From contig DAOUKG010000066.1 of assembly GCA_034421575.1 (NCBI GenBank), positions 66,506 to 130,505 on the forward strand: DNA of 64,000 nucleotides, written 5' to 3'. The notes beneath the pieces were generated by a model, which had not been told where the DNA came from, made no database searches, and saw only the letters and a list, made by a program, of their open reading frames with translations. The translations under genes were made by a program, and so were the position numbers. Positions 27,344 to 37,454 of this stretch are shown here, piece after piece. The DNA is from Dehalococcoidia bacterium (GTDB taxonomy: Bacteria; Chloroflexota; Dehalococcoidia; Lucifugimonadales; VXLM01). How positions within the stretch are numbered: position 1 is the first letter of the stretch; every line of letters begins with the position of its first letter.

Positions 27344-28549
27344 CTAAGGACCGTACTTCTGAAGTTTCCCCGCATTCGCCAGCGCCAATGTCATCACGCT
27401 GACAGCCGGAAGACGCCCAATTGATCCGCCGGCGAAGGCGCGTTCAGAGAACGATGAAAGCCCGTCTCCTGCATAATTCGACGAGTTCAACATGAACGGC
27501 ACGGGATGCCAGCTGTGGTTCCCCATGATCGCGGGTGTGGAGTGATCGCCCGCGACGACAAACGTGTCGATCTCCTGCTCCAACAGGCGGGGTATTCGCG
27601 CGTCGAGGTGCTCCAGAGTTTCCACCTTTGCGTCGAAGTCCCCATCCTCGCCCGCCGCGTCCGCCGGCTTGTAGTGCAGGAAAAAGAAATCGTGCTGCTG
27701 AAATGCCTTTTCAAGGGTATCAAGCTCGTCGTCGAACGTCCCGCCCGTTGGAATGACCTTCATTCCCACCAATTGGGCTAAGCCCCTGTACATCGGGTAC
27801 GCGGCGATTGCCGCCGGATTCAGTCGGTAGGTCTTGTCCATGCCAGGCAGGTCCGGCAGGGCTGAAAAACCCCTCAGGAGCACCATGTTGGCCGTTGACT
27901 GATCCCGCAGGACTCTTCGGGCCTCCAAGATGAAGGCGCGTACCGCAGCAGCGGTCTTTTCGGCCTCGGATACGAAAGCCCGTGCCTCTAAAGGCGGAAC
28001 TCCGAGCACCTGTGGATCGGTCTCGCCCACCCGTTCGTCCAGTCCTTCACCGCTGAGCACCAGCACGAAGCGGTGGTCTCTGACGGGATACACGGATATA
28101 TCGACGTCCTGCACCTCTATCCGGTCAAGCAGTTCTACCAACGGCGCACTCTCACTGGTCGTAATCCTTCCCGCCCTCCGGTCGACAAGCAGGCCGGATT
28201 CGTCGAGTGTGCAGAAGTTCCCGCGCGCCGCAACCTGGCCGGCTTTCAGATCGACTCCGATGCCGATGCCTTCGAGGACGCCCCGCCCAATGAGATACTT
28301 GATTGGATCGTAGCCGAAGAGGGCCAGGTGTCCCGGCCCGCTGCCGGGCGTGATGCCCGGAGCAACAGGCGTTGTCAGACCACAGGCGCTCTCAGCCGCC
28401 AGCCGGTCGAGATTGGGCGTATTGGCGGTCTCCAGTTCCGACTTTCCCGTTTCGGGATGAGGCAGGCCGCCAAGACCGTCGATGACCAGCATGACAATCT
28501 TGCTCGGCGTGGGAGTGCACAGCTCCGTTATTCCAGGAAAATCGATCAT
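27344..28549 (-). CDS. apgM: cofactor-independent phosphoglycerate mutase, archaeal type
   Basis: 401 aa with VIDGLGG, TPNLDRLA and GDHSTP motifs. Lies between pgk and tpiA. Confidence 0.85.
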   Translation of the reverse strand: MIDFPGITELCTPTPSKIVMLVIDGLGGLPHPETGKSELETANTPNLDRLAAESACGLTTPVAPGITPGSGPGHLALFGYDPIKYLIGRGVLEGIGIGVDLKAGQVAARGNFCTLDESGLLVDRRAGRITTSESAPLVELLDRIEVQDVDISVYPVRDHRFVLVLSGEGLDERVGETDPQVLGVPPLEARAFVSEAEKTAAAVRAFILEARRVLRDQSTANMVLLRGFSALPDLPGMDKTYRLNPAAIAAYPMYRGLAQLVGMKVIPTGGTFDDELDTLEKAFQQHDFFFLHYKPADAAGEDGDFDAKVETLEHLDARIPRLLEQEIDTFVVAGDHSTPAIMGNHSWHPVPFMLNSSNYAGDGLSSFSERAFAGGSIGRLPAVSVMTLALANAGKLQKYGP

Positions 28550-28565
28550 TGTGTCGTTCTCATAT

Positions 28566-29753
28566 TCATTCCGCGTCCATCAGTCCCGCAACGCCGGGCA
28601 ATTCTCTCCCTTCGAGGAATTCCAGCGATGCGCCGCCTCCGGTGGAAACGTGAGTCATCTTATCGGCGAGTCCGAGGCCGGTCACCGCTTCCGCAGTGGA
28701 CCCCCCCCCGATAACTGAAATCGTCCCTTCCTGGCCCGCCAGGGCCTCTGCGAGGCGTCTTGTTCCCGTAGAGAAGGCGTCCCATTCGAATACTCCCATT
28801 GTGCCATTCCAGAGCACAGTTCCCGCATCCACCAGCGCGCCTGCGTATCTCTCCGCCGTCACGGGACCAATATCCATTATTCGCCATCCAGGCTCAATTT
28901 CTGCCACATCGACAGTTCGTGTCGATGCATTCGTGGCAAATTCCGTGGACAGGACTACATCCGAAGGTAACATCACCGTGGTCTCTCCGCTATCAATTAT
29001 CTCTCCTGCCCGTCCGACGAGATCATCCTCGACAAGCGAGTCGCCGACTTCCAGCCCCTGGGCTTTGAGGAACGTGGCAGCCATCCCCCCGCCTACAAGG
29101 AACGCACTCGCGCGTCCGGTGAATCTCTCAATGACCGGCAGCTTGTCCGACACCTTTGCTCCGCCAACGATGGCCACCAACGGGTGCTTGGGAGAATCCA
29201 GTACCGTACCCAGCATCTCCAGTTCCCGCTCCATAAGCAGCCCGGCTACAGAGGGTAGGAAATGCGTCACCCCTTCGGTGGATGCGTGCGCCCGATGCGC
29301 TGCTCCAAAAGCGTCGTTCACGTACACGTCGGCCAGACTCGCAAGTTCCTGGGCGAACGCGGCGTCGTTATCTTCTTCACCGGGACTGAATCGCAGGTTT
29401 TCGAGCATGACGATATCTCCGGGCGACATCGTATCGATGAAATCCCGAACGTCGGACCCTGTCGGCTCGCTTGCCTGCACGACGCGGCGACCAAGAAGCT
29501 CAGCCAGGCGGTCTGACACCGGCAGCATCCGCAGTTCCGGCATCACCCTTCCATTCGGCCTGCCAAGGTGCGAGCAGAGGATGATGCTTGCGTTGCGGGC
29601 AAGCAAGTACTCGATGGTCGGCAGCGTCGCCTGGATGCGGGAGTCGTCTGAGATTGTGGTCGTCCCGGGTACAAACGTGACGTTGAAGTCCGCTCTGAGC
29701 AGGACCTTCTTGCCGTCAACCTCGATATCCCTAACCGTCTGCTTCCGTGCCAC
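28566..29753 (-). CDS. pgk: phosphoglycerate kinase
   Basis: GKKVLLRADFNVP-type N-terminus, a GGGxA-like stretch (VGGGMAATF) and STGGGASLE. I prefer the GTG at 29753 (V-ARKQTVRDIEVDGKK), which matches canonical Pgk N-termini and starts 7 nt after the upstream stop. The track start at 29831 would overlap the upstream gene. Confidence 0.9.
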   Translation of the reverse strand: MARKQTVRDIEVDGKKVLLRADFNVTFVPGTTTISDDSRIQATLPTIEYLLARNASIILCSHLGRPNGRVMPELRMLPVSDRLAELLGRRVVQASEPTGSDVRDFIDTMSPGDIVMLENLRFSPGEEDNDAAFAQELASLADVYVNDAFGAAHRAHASTEGVTHFLPSVAGLLMERELEMLGTVLDSPKHPLVAIVGGAKVSDKLPVIERFTGRASAFLVGGGMAATFLKAQGLEVGDSLVEDDLVGRAGEIIDSGETTVMLPSDVVLSTEFATNASTRTVDVAEIEPGWRIMDIGPVTAERYAGALVDAGTVLWNGTMGVFEWDAFSTGTRRLAEALAGQEGTISVIGGGSTAEAVTGLGLADKMTHVSTGGGASLEFLEGRELPGVAGLMDAE

Positions 29754-29760
29754 GATTCCG

Positions 29761-30771
29761 CTATCCGGGGAGTATGGATGCCGCGAGCCGGTTGAGAATC
29801 TCCTTGGACGACGCAGGAAGGCCGGCCTCATCCACCAGGGTGAGAGCCTCTCTGCGAAGGTTCAGCACCAGTTCACTGGCGAATTCTCTGCCGCCGCTCT
29901 CTTCGAGAATCACTCGGATTGCATCAACGTCCGCCGGGTCAAGCACGCGCTTGAAATAGATGTCTCCCAACCTGCGCTTCACCGATACATCCGCATGCTC
30001 GACCGTGTAGACCAGCGGAAGCAGCTTCTTCTTGTTCAGTACGTCGTCGCTAGCCTCATTCTTCCCCCAAAGCTCGTCCAGGTCATTCTGGACCTGCCGC
30101 GCGAGGCCGATCTTGGAACCGAACGCCGCAAGTGCGCTGGCTAGCGGTTCATCCGCCCCTCCCACGTGAGCGCCGAGACTCATGGCCCCAACATACAGCG
30201 CCGCGCCCTTGGCGGACGCCATTGCGAGGTATGGCTCGACACCCAGATTGATGCGTTCCCTTGCTTCGAGATCGCTGAATCGTCCTTCGCACAGGGCCAA
30301 GCTGGTCTCGTCGAGTATCTGTACCGCCCGGAACGTGCTCCCAGGGTCTAGGCCGCGCTCCTCGAGTCGGAACATCGCGATCCTTGCCAGGGCGTACATC
30401 GCGTCTCCGGCATTGATGGCTTGCGCCGGGCCCCACTTCCACCACACAGAGTCTCGTCCCGCTCGCTGCGGACTGCCCGACTGGACGTCGTCGTGGATTT
30501 CAAGGAATCCCTGCAAGAGCTCGAGCGCCGCTGCTGCAGGCAGGCAGGTGGCAGCGTCCCCTCCAACTGCCTCGCAGGCCGTCAGGCACGCCACGCCGTA
30601 TCTGCGCCCGTTCGCGGCCCCCCCAGGGTAAGGTGATCCGTCATGGCCCGAATCCCATCCCATGTGGTAGGCCATCATGTCGTACAGGGCAAGGTCGCGC
30701 GAGCGGAACATATCGCGGAGTTCCGCTTCGACCGCCGCCTCGTACTCGGATGCCTGCGTTGCCATTGCCAT
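29761..30771 (-). CDS. polyprenyl synthetase family protein
   Basis: 336 aa. The first Asp-rich region is variant (EIHDDVQSG). Second region QVQNDLDELWG. All-helical trans-prenyltransferase pattern. Confidence 0.8.
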   Translation of the reverse strand: MAMATQASEYEAAVEAELRDMFRSRDLALYDMMAYHMGWDSGHDGSPYPGGAANGRRYGVACLTACEAVGGDAATCLPAAAALELLQGFLEIHDDVQSGSPQRAGRDSVWWKWGPAQAINAGDAMYALARIAMFRLEERGLDPGSTFRAVQILDETSLALCEGRFSDLEARERINLGVEPYLAMASAKGAALYVGAMSLGAHVGGADEPLASALAAFGSKIGLARQVQNDLDELWGKNEASDDVLNKKKLLPLVYTVEHADVSVKRRLGDIYFKRVLDPADVDAIRVILEESGGREFASELVLNLRREALTLVDEAGLPASSKEILNRLAASILPG

Positions 30772-30803
30772 GCTTATACGCTCGCTCCAGAGTATGCCGC
30801 TTG

Positions 30804-31445
30804 CTAGGACGCCCCGATAGCGCGCCGGATGTCTTCCAACGTGATTCTGCCCTCGCGAAGTATGGTCGGGCTGTCGCCTGAGAGGTCCACAACGGTGGAC
30901 GAAATCGGTCCGGGGGTTGCTCCGCCATCTACTATGAGGTCGACGGCGCTTCCAAGCTGTTCTTCCACTTCCTTCGCGGTGGTCAGCGAAGGGGAACCGC
31001 TGAGATTGGCGCTCGTGCCGGTGATGGCCCTGCCAAGCGATTTGGACAGGTGGCGCGGAAGCCGGTGGTCGGGCACCCGCAGCCCTACCGTGTTGCGTCC
31101 CGCCGTCAGCCTTTCGGAGACGAGATCGCTTTTTTCCAGGATGATGGTCAATTGCCCCGGCCAGAATGTGTTCGCCAATGACCAGAAGGACTCAGGAACC
31201 TCGGCGACATATTGCTCCACCACATCGGCAGAGTTGAGAAGCAAGGGAATCGCAAGGCTAGGTGCCCTGCCCTTTATACGAAAAATCCGCTCGACCGCGT
31301 CGTCGTCATCGAATGTCGCCGCGAGTCCGTAGACCGTATCCGTGGGAATCGCAACGACACCGCCGTTACGGAGAACTTGGACCGCGTCATCCACGCGGCC
31401 GCCAAGCGTCTCCGAGACTGGAACGATAGGTGATGTCGCAGGCAT
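30804..31445 (-). CDS. L-threonylcarbamoyladenylate synthase (TsaC/YwlC/Sua5 family)
   Basis: VVAIPTDTVYGLA, RIFRIKGR, TSANLSG motifs. Confidence 0.85.
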   Translation of the reverse strand: MPATSPIVPVSETLGGRVDDAVQVLRNGGVVAIPTDTVYGLAATFDDDDAVERIFRIKGRAPSLAIPLLLNSADVVEQYVAEVPESFWSLANTFWPGQLTIILEKSDLVSERLTAGRNTVGLRVPDHRLPRHLSKSLGRAITGTSANLSGSPSLTTAKEVEEQLGSAVDLIVDGGATPGPISSTVVDLSGDSPTILREGRITLEDIRRAIGAS

Positions 31446-31490
31446 TTCGAGCTTGACTCAGTATAGCACAGATGCTACCTTTGGAGTCCC

Positions 31491-33170
31491 TTGGAAATGC
31501 GCGACAACGTCACCCCTACCCAAAGCCGACACCCCCTCGGCGAAGACGTTTCAGACCTCCCTGCACACGCAGAGACCGTAGAGGAACTATTGGGGGAGAA
31601 TCGTCGCTCCGAGCCGCATCACCACCACACACATCGCGAGTCGGTCTTGGTCATCGACTTCGGCTCCCAGTACAGCCGCCTCATCGCCCGCCGGGTGCGC
31701 GAAGCGAACGTCTACTGCGAGCTGATTCATCACACGGCCGGCTGGGACGACGTCGAGCACCTGAACCCCAGGGGAGTCATCCTTTCCGGCGGTCCCGCGA
31801 GCGTCTACGAAACGGGCGCGCCACTCGCCCCTGCGTGGGTATTCGACAGAGACCTCCCGGTTCTGGGAATCTGCTACGGGATGCAGGCGCTCGTCCACCA
31901 GCTTGGAGGTCAGGTCGAGCCCAGCAGCAAGCGTGAGTACGGCCACGCGATGCTGGAGCAGCAAGGCACGGACCATCCCATATTCGCCGGACTCTCTTCC
32001 GCTTTCCCCGTCTGGATGAGCCATGGCGACCGCATTACCGAACAGCCTCCGGGTTTCGCCACGGTCGCCCACACCGAGAACTCGCCCGTCGCCGCCACGT
32101 CGAATGATAAAAACGTCATCGGCATCCAGTTCCACCCTGAGGTGGTCCACACTCCGGACGGCACCCGGATAATTGAGAACTTCGTCCACGCAATTTGCGG
32201 CTGCGACCGTAGTTGGAATCCGAGGAATTTCGTCGAGGACGCGGTCGAGGACATCCGCGACCAGGTCGGCGACGGCAAGGTCATCTGCGCTCTGTCAGGC
32301 GGGGTCGACTCCGCGGTTGCCGCAAGCCTCGTGCACAAGGCCGTCGGCGATCAGCTCACCTGCATCTTCGTAAACAACGGTTTCATGCGCCATGAAGAAC
32401 CCGAACGCATACTCGATACCTTCAGGCGAAATATGAACGTCAATATCGCATACGTCGATGCTGCCGACGAGTTCGTGGACGCCCTGAGCGAGGTGATCGA
32501 CCCCGAGGACAAGCGTCGGACCATCGGCGAACTCTTCATCAGGATATTCGACCGTGAGGCCGCTCGCCTGGGCGAAGTGGACTTCCTTGCACAGGGCACT
32601 CTCTATCCCGACGTGATCGAGAGCCAGACGCCGGGCGACGACGTCTCCGCCAAGATCAAGACCCACCACAACGTCGGCGGCCTCCCGGAGGATATGAAAC
32701 TTGAGCTGGTCGAACCCCTCAGGTACCTCTTCAAGGACGAGGTGCGCATGGTCGGCTTGGAGCTCGGTCTGGCCGAGGAGATGGTCTACCGGCAGCCCTT
32801 CCCCGGGCCGGGACTCGCGATCCGGGTCATGGGCGCCGTCACCCGCGAGAAGCTGGACACGCTCCGAGCGGCAGACTGGATCGTCATGGACGAGATCAAG
32901 GGCAACGACCTCTACCGTGATCTGTGGCAGAGCTTCGCCGTGCTAACGGACACGATGAGCGTCGGCGTAGTGGGCGACTTCCGCGCCTACGGCTACGTCG
33001 TCGCCGTGCGGGCTGTGACGAGCGACGAGGCTATGACGGCAGACTGGGCGCGTCTGCCCCACGATGTGCTTGGCCGCATATCCAACCGCATCGTCAACGA
33101 GGTCCCGTCAGTAAGCCGCGTCGTGTATGACATCACCAGCAAGCCGCCCGGCACCATCGAGTGGGAATGA
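31491..33170 (+). CDS. guaA: GMP synthase (glutamine-hydrolysing)
   Basis: GATase domain ([17 protein letters not shown]), ATP-PPase SGGVDS, C-terminal KPPGTIEWE. The true start may be downstream of 31491. Confidence 0.9.
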   Translation: MEMRDNVTPTQSRHPLGEDVSDLPAHAETVEELLGENRRSEPHHHHTHRESVLVIDFGSQYSRLIARRVREANVYCELIHHTAGWDDVEHLNPRGVILSGGPASVYETGAPLAPAWVFDRDLPVLGICYGMQALVHQLGGQVEPSSKREYGHAMLEQQGTDHPIFAGLSSAFPVWMSHGDRITEQPPGFATVAHTENSPVAATSNDKNVIGIQFHPEVVHTPDGTRIIENFVHAICGCDRSWNPRNFVEDAVEDIRDQVGDGKVICALSGGVDSAVAASLVHKAVGDQLTCIFVNNGFMRHEEPERILDTFRRNMNVNIAYVDAADEFVDALSEVIDPEDKRRTIGELFIRIFDREAARLGEVDFLAQGTLYPDVIESQTPGDDVSAKIKTHHNVGGLPEDMKLELVEPLRYLFKDEVRMVGLELGLAEEMVYRQPFPGPGLAIRVMGAVTREKLDTLRAADWIVMDEIKGNDLYRDLWQSFAVLTDTMSVGVVGDFRAYGYVVAVRAVTSDEAMTADWARLPHDVLGRISNRIVNEVPSVSRVVYDITSKPPGTIEWE

Positions 33171-33177
33171 CGCCCCT

Positions 33178-34449
33178 ATGAAGGTCCTCGTCATCGGCAA
33201 GGGGGGACGCGAGCACGCCATTGCGTGGAAGCTGTCGCAGAGCAGCCGTATATCCACGCTGCTTTGCGCCCCGGGCAACGCCGGAACGGCCAGGATCGCG
33301 CCAAACGTCCCCATTTCCGAGTCCGACATCGCCGGTTTGCTGGAATTCGCGGTACGTGAGCAGATTGATCTTACGGTCGTTGGCCCCGAGGCCCCGCTTG
33401 CCGATGGATTAGTCGATAGGTTTCAGGAGGCAGGACTCTCCATCTTCGGGCCAACGCAGGCCGCCGCGCGAATAGAGTCCAGCAAGAGCTTCGCGAAGGA
33501 TCTGATGCGCCGCGCGGGCGTGCCTACGGGACGGGCCGAGGTCTTTAACGACTTCGACACCGCTCGTGCATACGTCGAAACTACGCCCCCGCCGGTCGTC
33601 ATCAAGGCAGACGGACTCGCCGCAGGTAAAGGAGTCGTCGTAGCGGAGACTACAGAACGAGCAGTCGCCGCCCTGAGAGCGCAAATGGTTGACCGCGCAT
33701 TCGGATCGTCCGGAGACACTGTCCTCGTCGAAGAGTACCTGCAGGGGCCTGAATTGAGCGTCTTCGCCTTCGTGGACGGCAAGAACGTGTCCCCTTTGAT
33801 CGCCGCCGTCGATTACAAGCGCGTGGGAGAAGGCGATACCGGCCCGAACACCGGTGGCATGGGCGCTTACAGCCCTCCCCTGCCCGTTCTCTGGAACGAC
33901 GAAGTGGAGCGCAGCGCCCGCACCGACATCATGGAACCCGTCGTAGCTGCCCTGGCCGCCGACGGATGCCCATACGTGGGAGTCCTCTATGCCGGCCTGA
34001 TGCTGACTCGTGACGGACTCAAGGTCATCGAGTTCAACTGCCGCCTCGGAGACCCGGAGACTCAGGTCGTCCTGCCCCGCATCGAGTCAGACCTCCTCGA
34101 ACTCATGCTGGCTGCCGTTGCCGGCAATGTCAACGACGCACCCCTGCAAGTTAGTGCTGACTCATGCGTAGGCGTGGTCGTAGCCTCCGGCGGGTACCCC
34201 GACGCCTACAAGACGGGCTATCCCATAGCCGGACTGGACAGCGTTCAGGACGACGTAGCGGTATTTCACGCTGGCACGAAGCTCGACGAAAACGAACAGA
34301 CCGTCACCGACGGCGGACGAGTCCTCGCCATTAGCGCCACCGGCCCTACCCGTCGGATAGCCCGCCAAAAGGCCTATGATGCAACAGATGCTGTGTCGTT
34401 CGACGGATCATTCTTCCGCGGTGACATCGCCGACTTCGCAGGCAATTGA
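33178..34449 (+). CDS. purD: phosphoribosylamine-glycine ligase
   Basis: MKVLVIGKGGREHAIAWKL canonical N-terminus at 33178 (the track ORF starts at 33127). ATP-grasp motifs. Confidence 0.95.
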   Translation: MKVLVIGKGGREHAIAWKLSQSSRISTLLCAPGNAGTARIAPNVPISESDIAGLLEFAVREQIDLTVVGPEAPLADGLVDRFQEAGLSIFGPTQAAARIESSKSFAKDLMRRAGVPTGRAEVFNDFDTARAYVETTPPPVVIKADGLAAGKGVVVAETTERAVAALRAQMVDRAFGSSGDTVLVEEYLQGPELSVFAFVDGKNVSPLIAAVDYKRVGEGDTGPNTGGMGAYSPPLPVLWNDEVERSARTDIMEPVVAALAADGCPYVGVLYAGLMLTRDGLKVIEFNCRLGDPETQVVLPRIESDLLELMLAAVAGNVNDAPLQVSADSCVGVVVASGGYPDAYKTGYPIAGLDSVQDDVAVFHAGTKLDENEQTVTDGGRVLAISATGPTRRIARQKAYDATDAVSFDGSFFRGDIADFAGN

Positions 34450-34456
34450 CGTGACC

Positions 34457-35656
34457 ATGCCGAAGTCCACGAGCGACGTTCCCGCCCTCCTGGCGGCGTT
34501 CGAGTCCAAGACTTTGCTCCGCCCGCGATTCGATGCTCCCAACGTCGTTGACCTTTCAACGGCGATTTTCCGGTGGGCGGGAGTGCCCGACCTCGACTTG
34601 GGGAATAACGCTTGGCGAATACATGGAACATTCGCCGACGCCACCAAATTGGTATTCGTCATCGTCGATGGGCTGGGCATGAATTTCATTGAAAAGCTGG
34701 AACCCAACTCGTTCCTTCGCAGAAATCTCCGCATGGAGCTTCAAACGGTATTTCCCTCCACCACTTCGGCGGCCTTCACCTCCCTTGCAACGGCTTCGTG
34801 GCCCAACCGGCACAGCATCATCGGCTGGGACATGTACCTGGAGGAGATCGACACGGTCTCTGCGATCCTTCGGTTCGAGAGGCGTCAGGACGGCAAACCT
34901 CTCGACAGTCTGGGCATCCGCGAGGAACAGGCTTATCCGGTCCCGTCGCTCTTGGGTGCGATTTCCGGCGATCTCGTCTCCATAGTCCCGGAAGGGATAG
35001 CGAACACACCCTATTCCGACTACTGGGGCGGTCACAACGCGGAGTATGTCACCTACGAAGGGCTCGCCGATGGCATGGACGCGGCGATCTCCAAGAGCGA
35101 TGCCGCCGGTGAACGGAGCCTGACATACCTCTACGTCATTGACGTGGACTACGCCGCGCATGAGTTCGGGACTGACGCGCCCCAGACAATCGGGGCATTG
35201 GACCATACGGGCGCAATGATCGAGCGCCTGGCAACGCAGCTGCCGGCGAACGCCCGCATGGTGCTCATCGCCGACCATGGGCAGCTGAACGGGCCTTTCC
35301 AAGACATCCTCCCGACAGACTCGCTCGTAGACCATCTCCTGCACGAACCATGGGGAGACGCCCGCGAAATGCACTTCGCCGTGAAGCCCGGAAGGACAAG
35401 AGACTTCGAGATTGACTTTCGAAAGCGCTTCGGCGAGGTCGCTTTCCTGCTGACGGTGGACGAGGTGGAATCGCTGGAACTACTGGGCCCGGGGCGCATC
35501 GAGGATACCGCACGAAGGCGCCTCGGCACCCACCTTGCAATATCACGAGGCGCGGACGCATTCATGTACCACGCCAGGCCCAATTCGATGAAATTCATTG
35601 GAAGTCACTCCGGCCTCACGCCGGACGAAATGCTGGTACCATTAGTGGTTGTCTGA
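34457..35656 (+). CDS. alkaline-phosphatase superfamily protein (type I phosphodiesterase/nucleotide pyrophosphatase-like)
   Basis: VFVIVDGLGMNF, FPSTTSAAFTSLATASWPNRHSIIGW, IADHGQ. The ATG at 34457 is 8 nt after the purD stop (the track ORF starts at 34376). Confidence 0.75.
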   Translation: MPKSTSDVPALLAAFESKTLLRPRFDAPNVVDLSTAIFRWAGVPDLDLGNNAWRIHGTFADATKLVFVIVDGLGMNFIEKLEPNSFLRRNLRMELQTVFPSTTSAAFTSLATASWPNRHSIIGWDMYLEEIDTVSAILRFERRQDGKPLDSLGIREEQAYPVPSLLGAISGDLVSIVPEGIANTPYSDYWGGHNAEYVTYEGLADGMDAAISKSDAAGERSLTYLYVIDVDYAAHEFGTDAPQTIGALDHTGAMIERLATQLPANARMVLIADHGQLNGPFQDILPTDSLVDHLLHEPWGDAREMHFAVKPGRTRDFEIDFRKRFGEVAFLLTVDEVESLELLGPGRIEDTARRRLGTHLAISRGADAFMYHARPNSMKFIGSHSGLTPDEMLVPLVVV

Positions 35657-35688
35657 AGGCAAGAAACATCAACGCGAGGTAAGCGCAA

Positions 35689-36147
35689 ATGCCATTAGTC
35701 GGAGTTATCGTAGGAAGCAAATCGGACCGGCCCCTCATAGACGAGACCTCGGAGGTCCTCGACCAGCTTGGCGTCGAGCACGAGGTGGTCGTCGCATCGG
35801 CCCACCGCACGCCCGAGGCCGTCATGGAGTGGACGACATCCGCCAGAGACCGGGGCATCGAGGTCATCATCGCCGCCGCCGGAGGCTCAGCGGGGCTGCC
35901 GGGCGTCGCAGCGTCGTGGACCACCCTGCCCGTCATCGGCATTCCGGTGCCTTCGAGCGACCTCGAAGGAGTCGACTCACTATATTCCATCGCGCAGATG
36001 CCGCCCGGCATACCCGTCGCATGCGTCGCCATCGGGTCGTGGGGAGCGCGAAACGCCGCCTTCCTCGCCGCCCAGATCCTCGGCATCAAGCACGAATCCA
36101 TCCGAGCGGCCTACGACGAATACCGCCAGGGCCTCAAGTCGAGGTAG
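35689..36147 (+). CDS. purE: 5-(carboxyamino)imidazole ribonucleotide mutase
   Basis: VGVIVGSKSD, SAHRTP, AAGGSAGLPGV. Confidence 0.95.
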   Translation: MPLVGVIVGSKSDRPLIDETSEVLDQLGVEHEVVVASAHRTPEAVMEWTTSARDRGIEVIIAAAGGSAGLPGVAASWTTLPVIGIPVPSSDLEGVDSLYSIAQMPPGIPVACVAIGSWGARNAAFLAAQILGIKHESIRAAYDEYRQGLKSR

Positions 36148-36160
36148 GACGGAACGCACC

Positions 36161-37453
36161 TTGATCGAACGTTACACCAGGCCCCGGATGGGCGCAGTCT
36201 GGTCCGAGCGCAATAAGTACGACCGCTGGCTCCAGGTCGAGTTGGCCGTCTGCGAGGCGTGGACTGAGCAGGGCACTATTCCCCTCTCCGACATGGAGAG
36301 GCTGCGGTCGGCCAACTACAACTATGAGCGCCTTGAGGAGATTCTCGTCGTCCATCGCCACGAGATGACGGCGTTCCTCCAGTCCATCACCGAGTTCATC
36401 GGGCCCGAAGGCAGGTGGCTTCACCTCGGCCTGACCACGAGCGACGTTTGGGATACCGCGACCAGCCTCCAGATCCTCGACGCCATTGATCTCCTCGACG
36501 AGGAGATAGTCGCCCTGATGGACGCCATCAAGGTGCGGGCCGTCGAGCACAAGGACACCCTGATGATCGGCCGGACGCACGGCATACACGCCGAGCCGGT
36601 CACCTTTGGCCTCAAGCTCGCCGTGTGGTATGACGAGATGCGCCGCAACAAAGACCGTCTCGCCCGCGCGAGGGATACCATCGCCTACGGCAAGCTCTCC
36701 GGCCCCGTCGGAACGCATGGTACCGTGCCCCCGTCAATCGAGGCGGCGGTGTGCGAGCGCCTCGGCCTGCAGGCCGCCCCCGCCTCCACGCAGATACTCC
36801 AGCGCGACCGCCACGCCGAATACGTCACGACGCTGGCCCTCATCGCGGCCTCGTTGGAGAAGTTCGCCACCGAGATCCGCGGCCTCCAGCGTACGGAGAT
36901 CCGCGAGGTTGCCGAGTACTTCCCGAAGGGACAGCCCGGCTCTTCGTCAATGCCGCACAAGCGCAATCCCGAACTCTCAGAGAGGGTATGCGGACTCGCC
37001 CGCCTGATTCGAGGCCACGCCGTCACGGCAATTGAGAACGTCGCACTCTGGCACGAGCGCGACATCAGCCATTCATCCGCTGAACGCCTCATACTGCCGG
37101 ACGCCTCTATTGCCCTCGACTACATTCTCAGCCTCATGACGGGCCTGACTCGCGACCTCAACGTCTACCCCGACCGCATGATGTACAATATCGAATCAAC
37201 TCACGGCGTCCTCTTTTCGCAGCGGGTGCTCCTCGCCCTCATCGAGCGGGGCATGGAGCGGGAAACGGCCTACGGCATCGTCCACCACCGCGCGATGGAA
37301 AGCTGGGAGACGGCACAGGACTTTCGGGATATGATGCGGTCCGACCCCGAAGTGAGCGGGTTGCTGGCTTCCGACGATCTGGAAGCCCTGTTCGACTACA
37401 GATACTACGTCCGGCACGTCGACGAAATTTTCGAACGTGTCGGCTTGAAATAG
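36161..37453 (+). CDS. purB: adenylosuccinate lyase
   Basis: A TTG start at 36161 gives (M)IERYTRPRMGAVWSERNKYDRWLQVELAV, matching canonical PurB N-termini. SSMPHKRNP signature. The track ORF (35768) includes a spurious 131-codon extension that overlaps purE. Confidence 0.9.
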   Translation: MIERYTRPRMGAVWSERNKYDRWLQVELAVCEAWTEQGTIPLSDMERLRSANYNYERLEEILVVHRHEMTAFLQSITEFIGPEGRWLHLGLTTSDVWDTATSLQILDAIDLLDEEIVALMDAIKVRAVEHKDTLMIGRTHGIHAEPVTFGLKLAVWYDEMRRNKDRLARARDTIAYGKLSGPVGTHGTVPPSIEAAVCERLGLQAAPASTQILQRDRHAEYVTTLALIAASLEKFATEIRGLQRTEIREVAEYFPKGQPGSSSMPHKRNPELSERVCGLARLIRGHAVTAIENVALWHERDISHSSAERLILPDASIALDYILSLMTGLTRDLNVYPDRMMYNIESTHGVLFSQRVLLALIERGMERETAYGIVHHRAMESWETAQDFRDMMRSDPEVSGLLASDDLEALFDYRYYVRHVDEIFERVGLK

Positions 37454-37454
37454 G
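37406..37454. repeat. 49-bp direct repeat, left copy (authentic 3' end of purB including its stop)
   Basis: TACGTCCGGCACGTCGACGAAATTTTCGAACGTGTCGGCTTGAAATAGG, identical base for base to 37961-38009. Confidence 0.95.

Noticed and set aside
35768-36160. N-terminal 131-codon extension of the purB ORF, giving 561 aa in the track
   Set aside because: It overlaps purE in another frame and is Pro/Ser/Arg-rich. The canonical PurB N-terminus (IERY...) begins at the TTG at 36161. The upstream extensions at 33127, 34376, 56110 and 61640 were trimmed for the same kind of reason.
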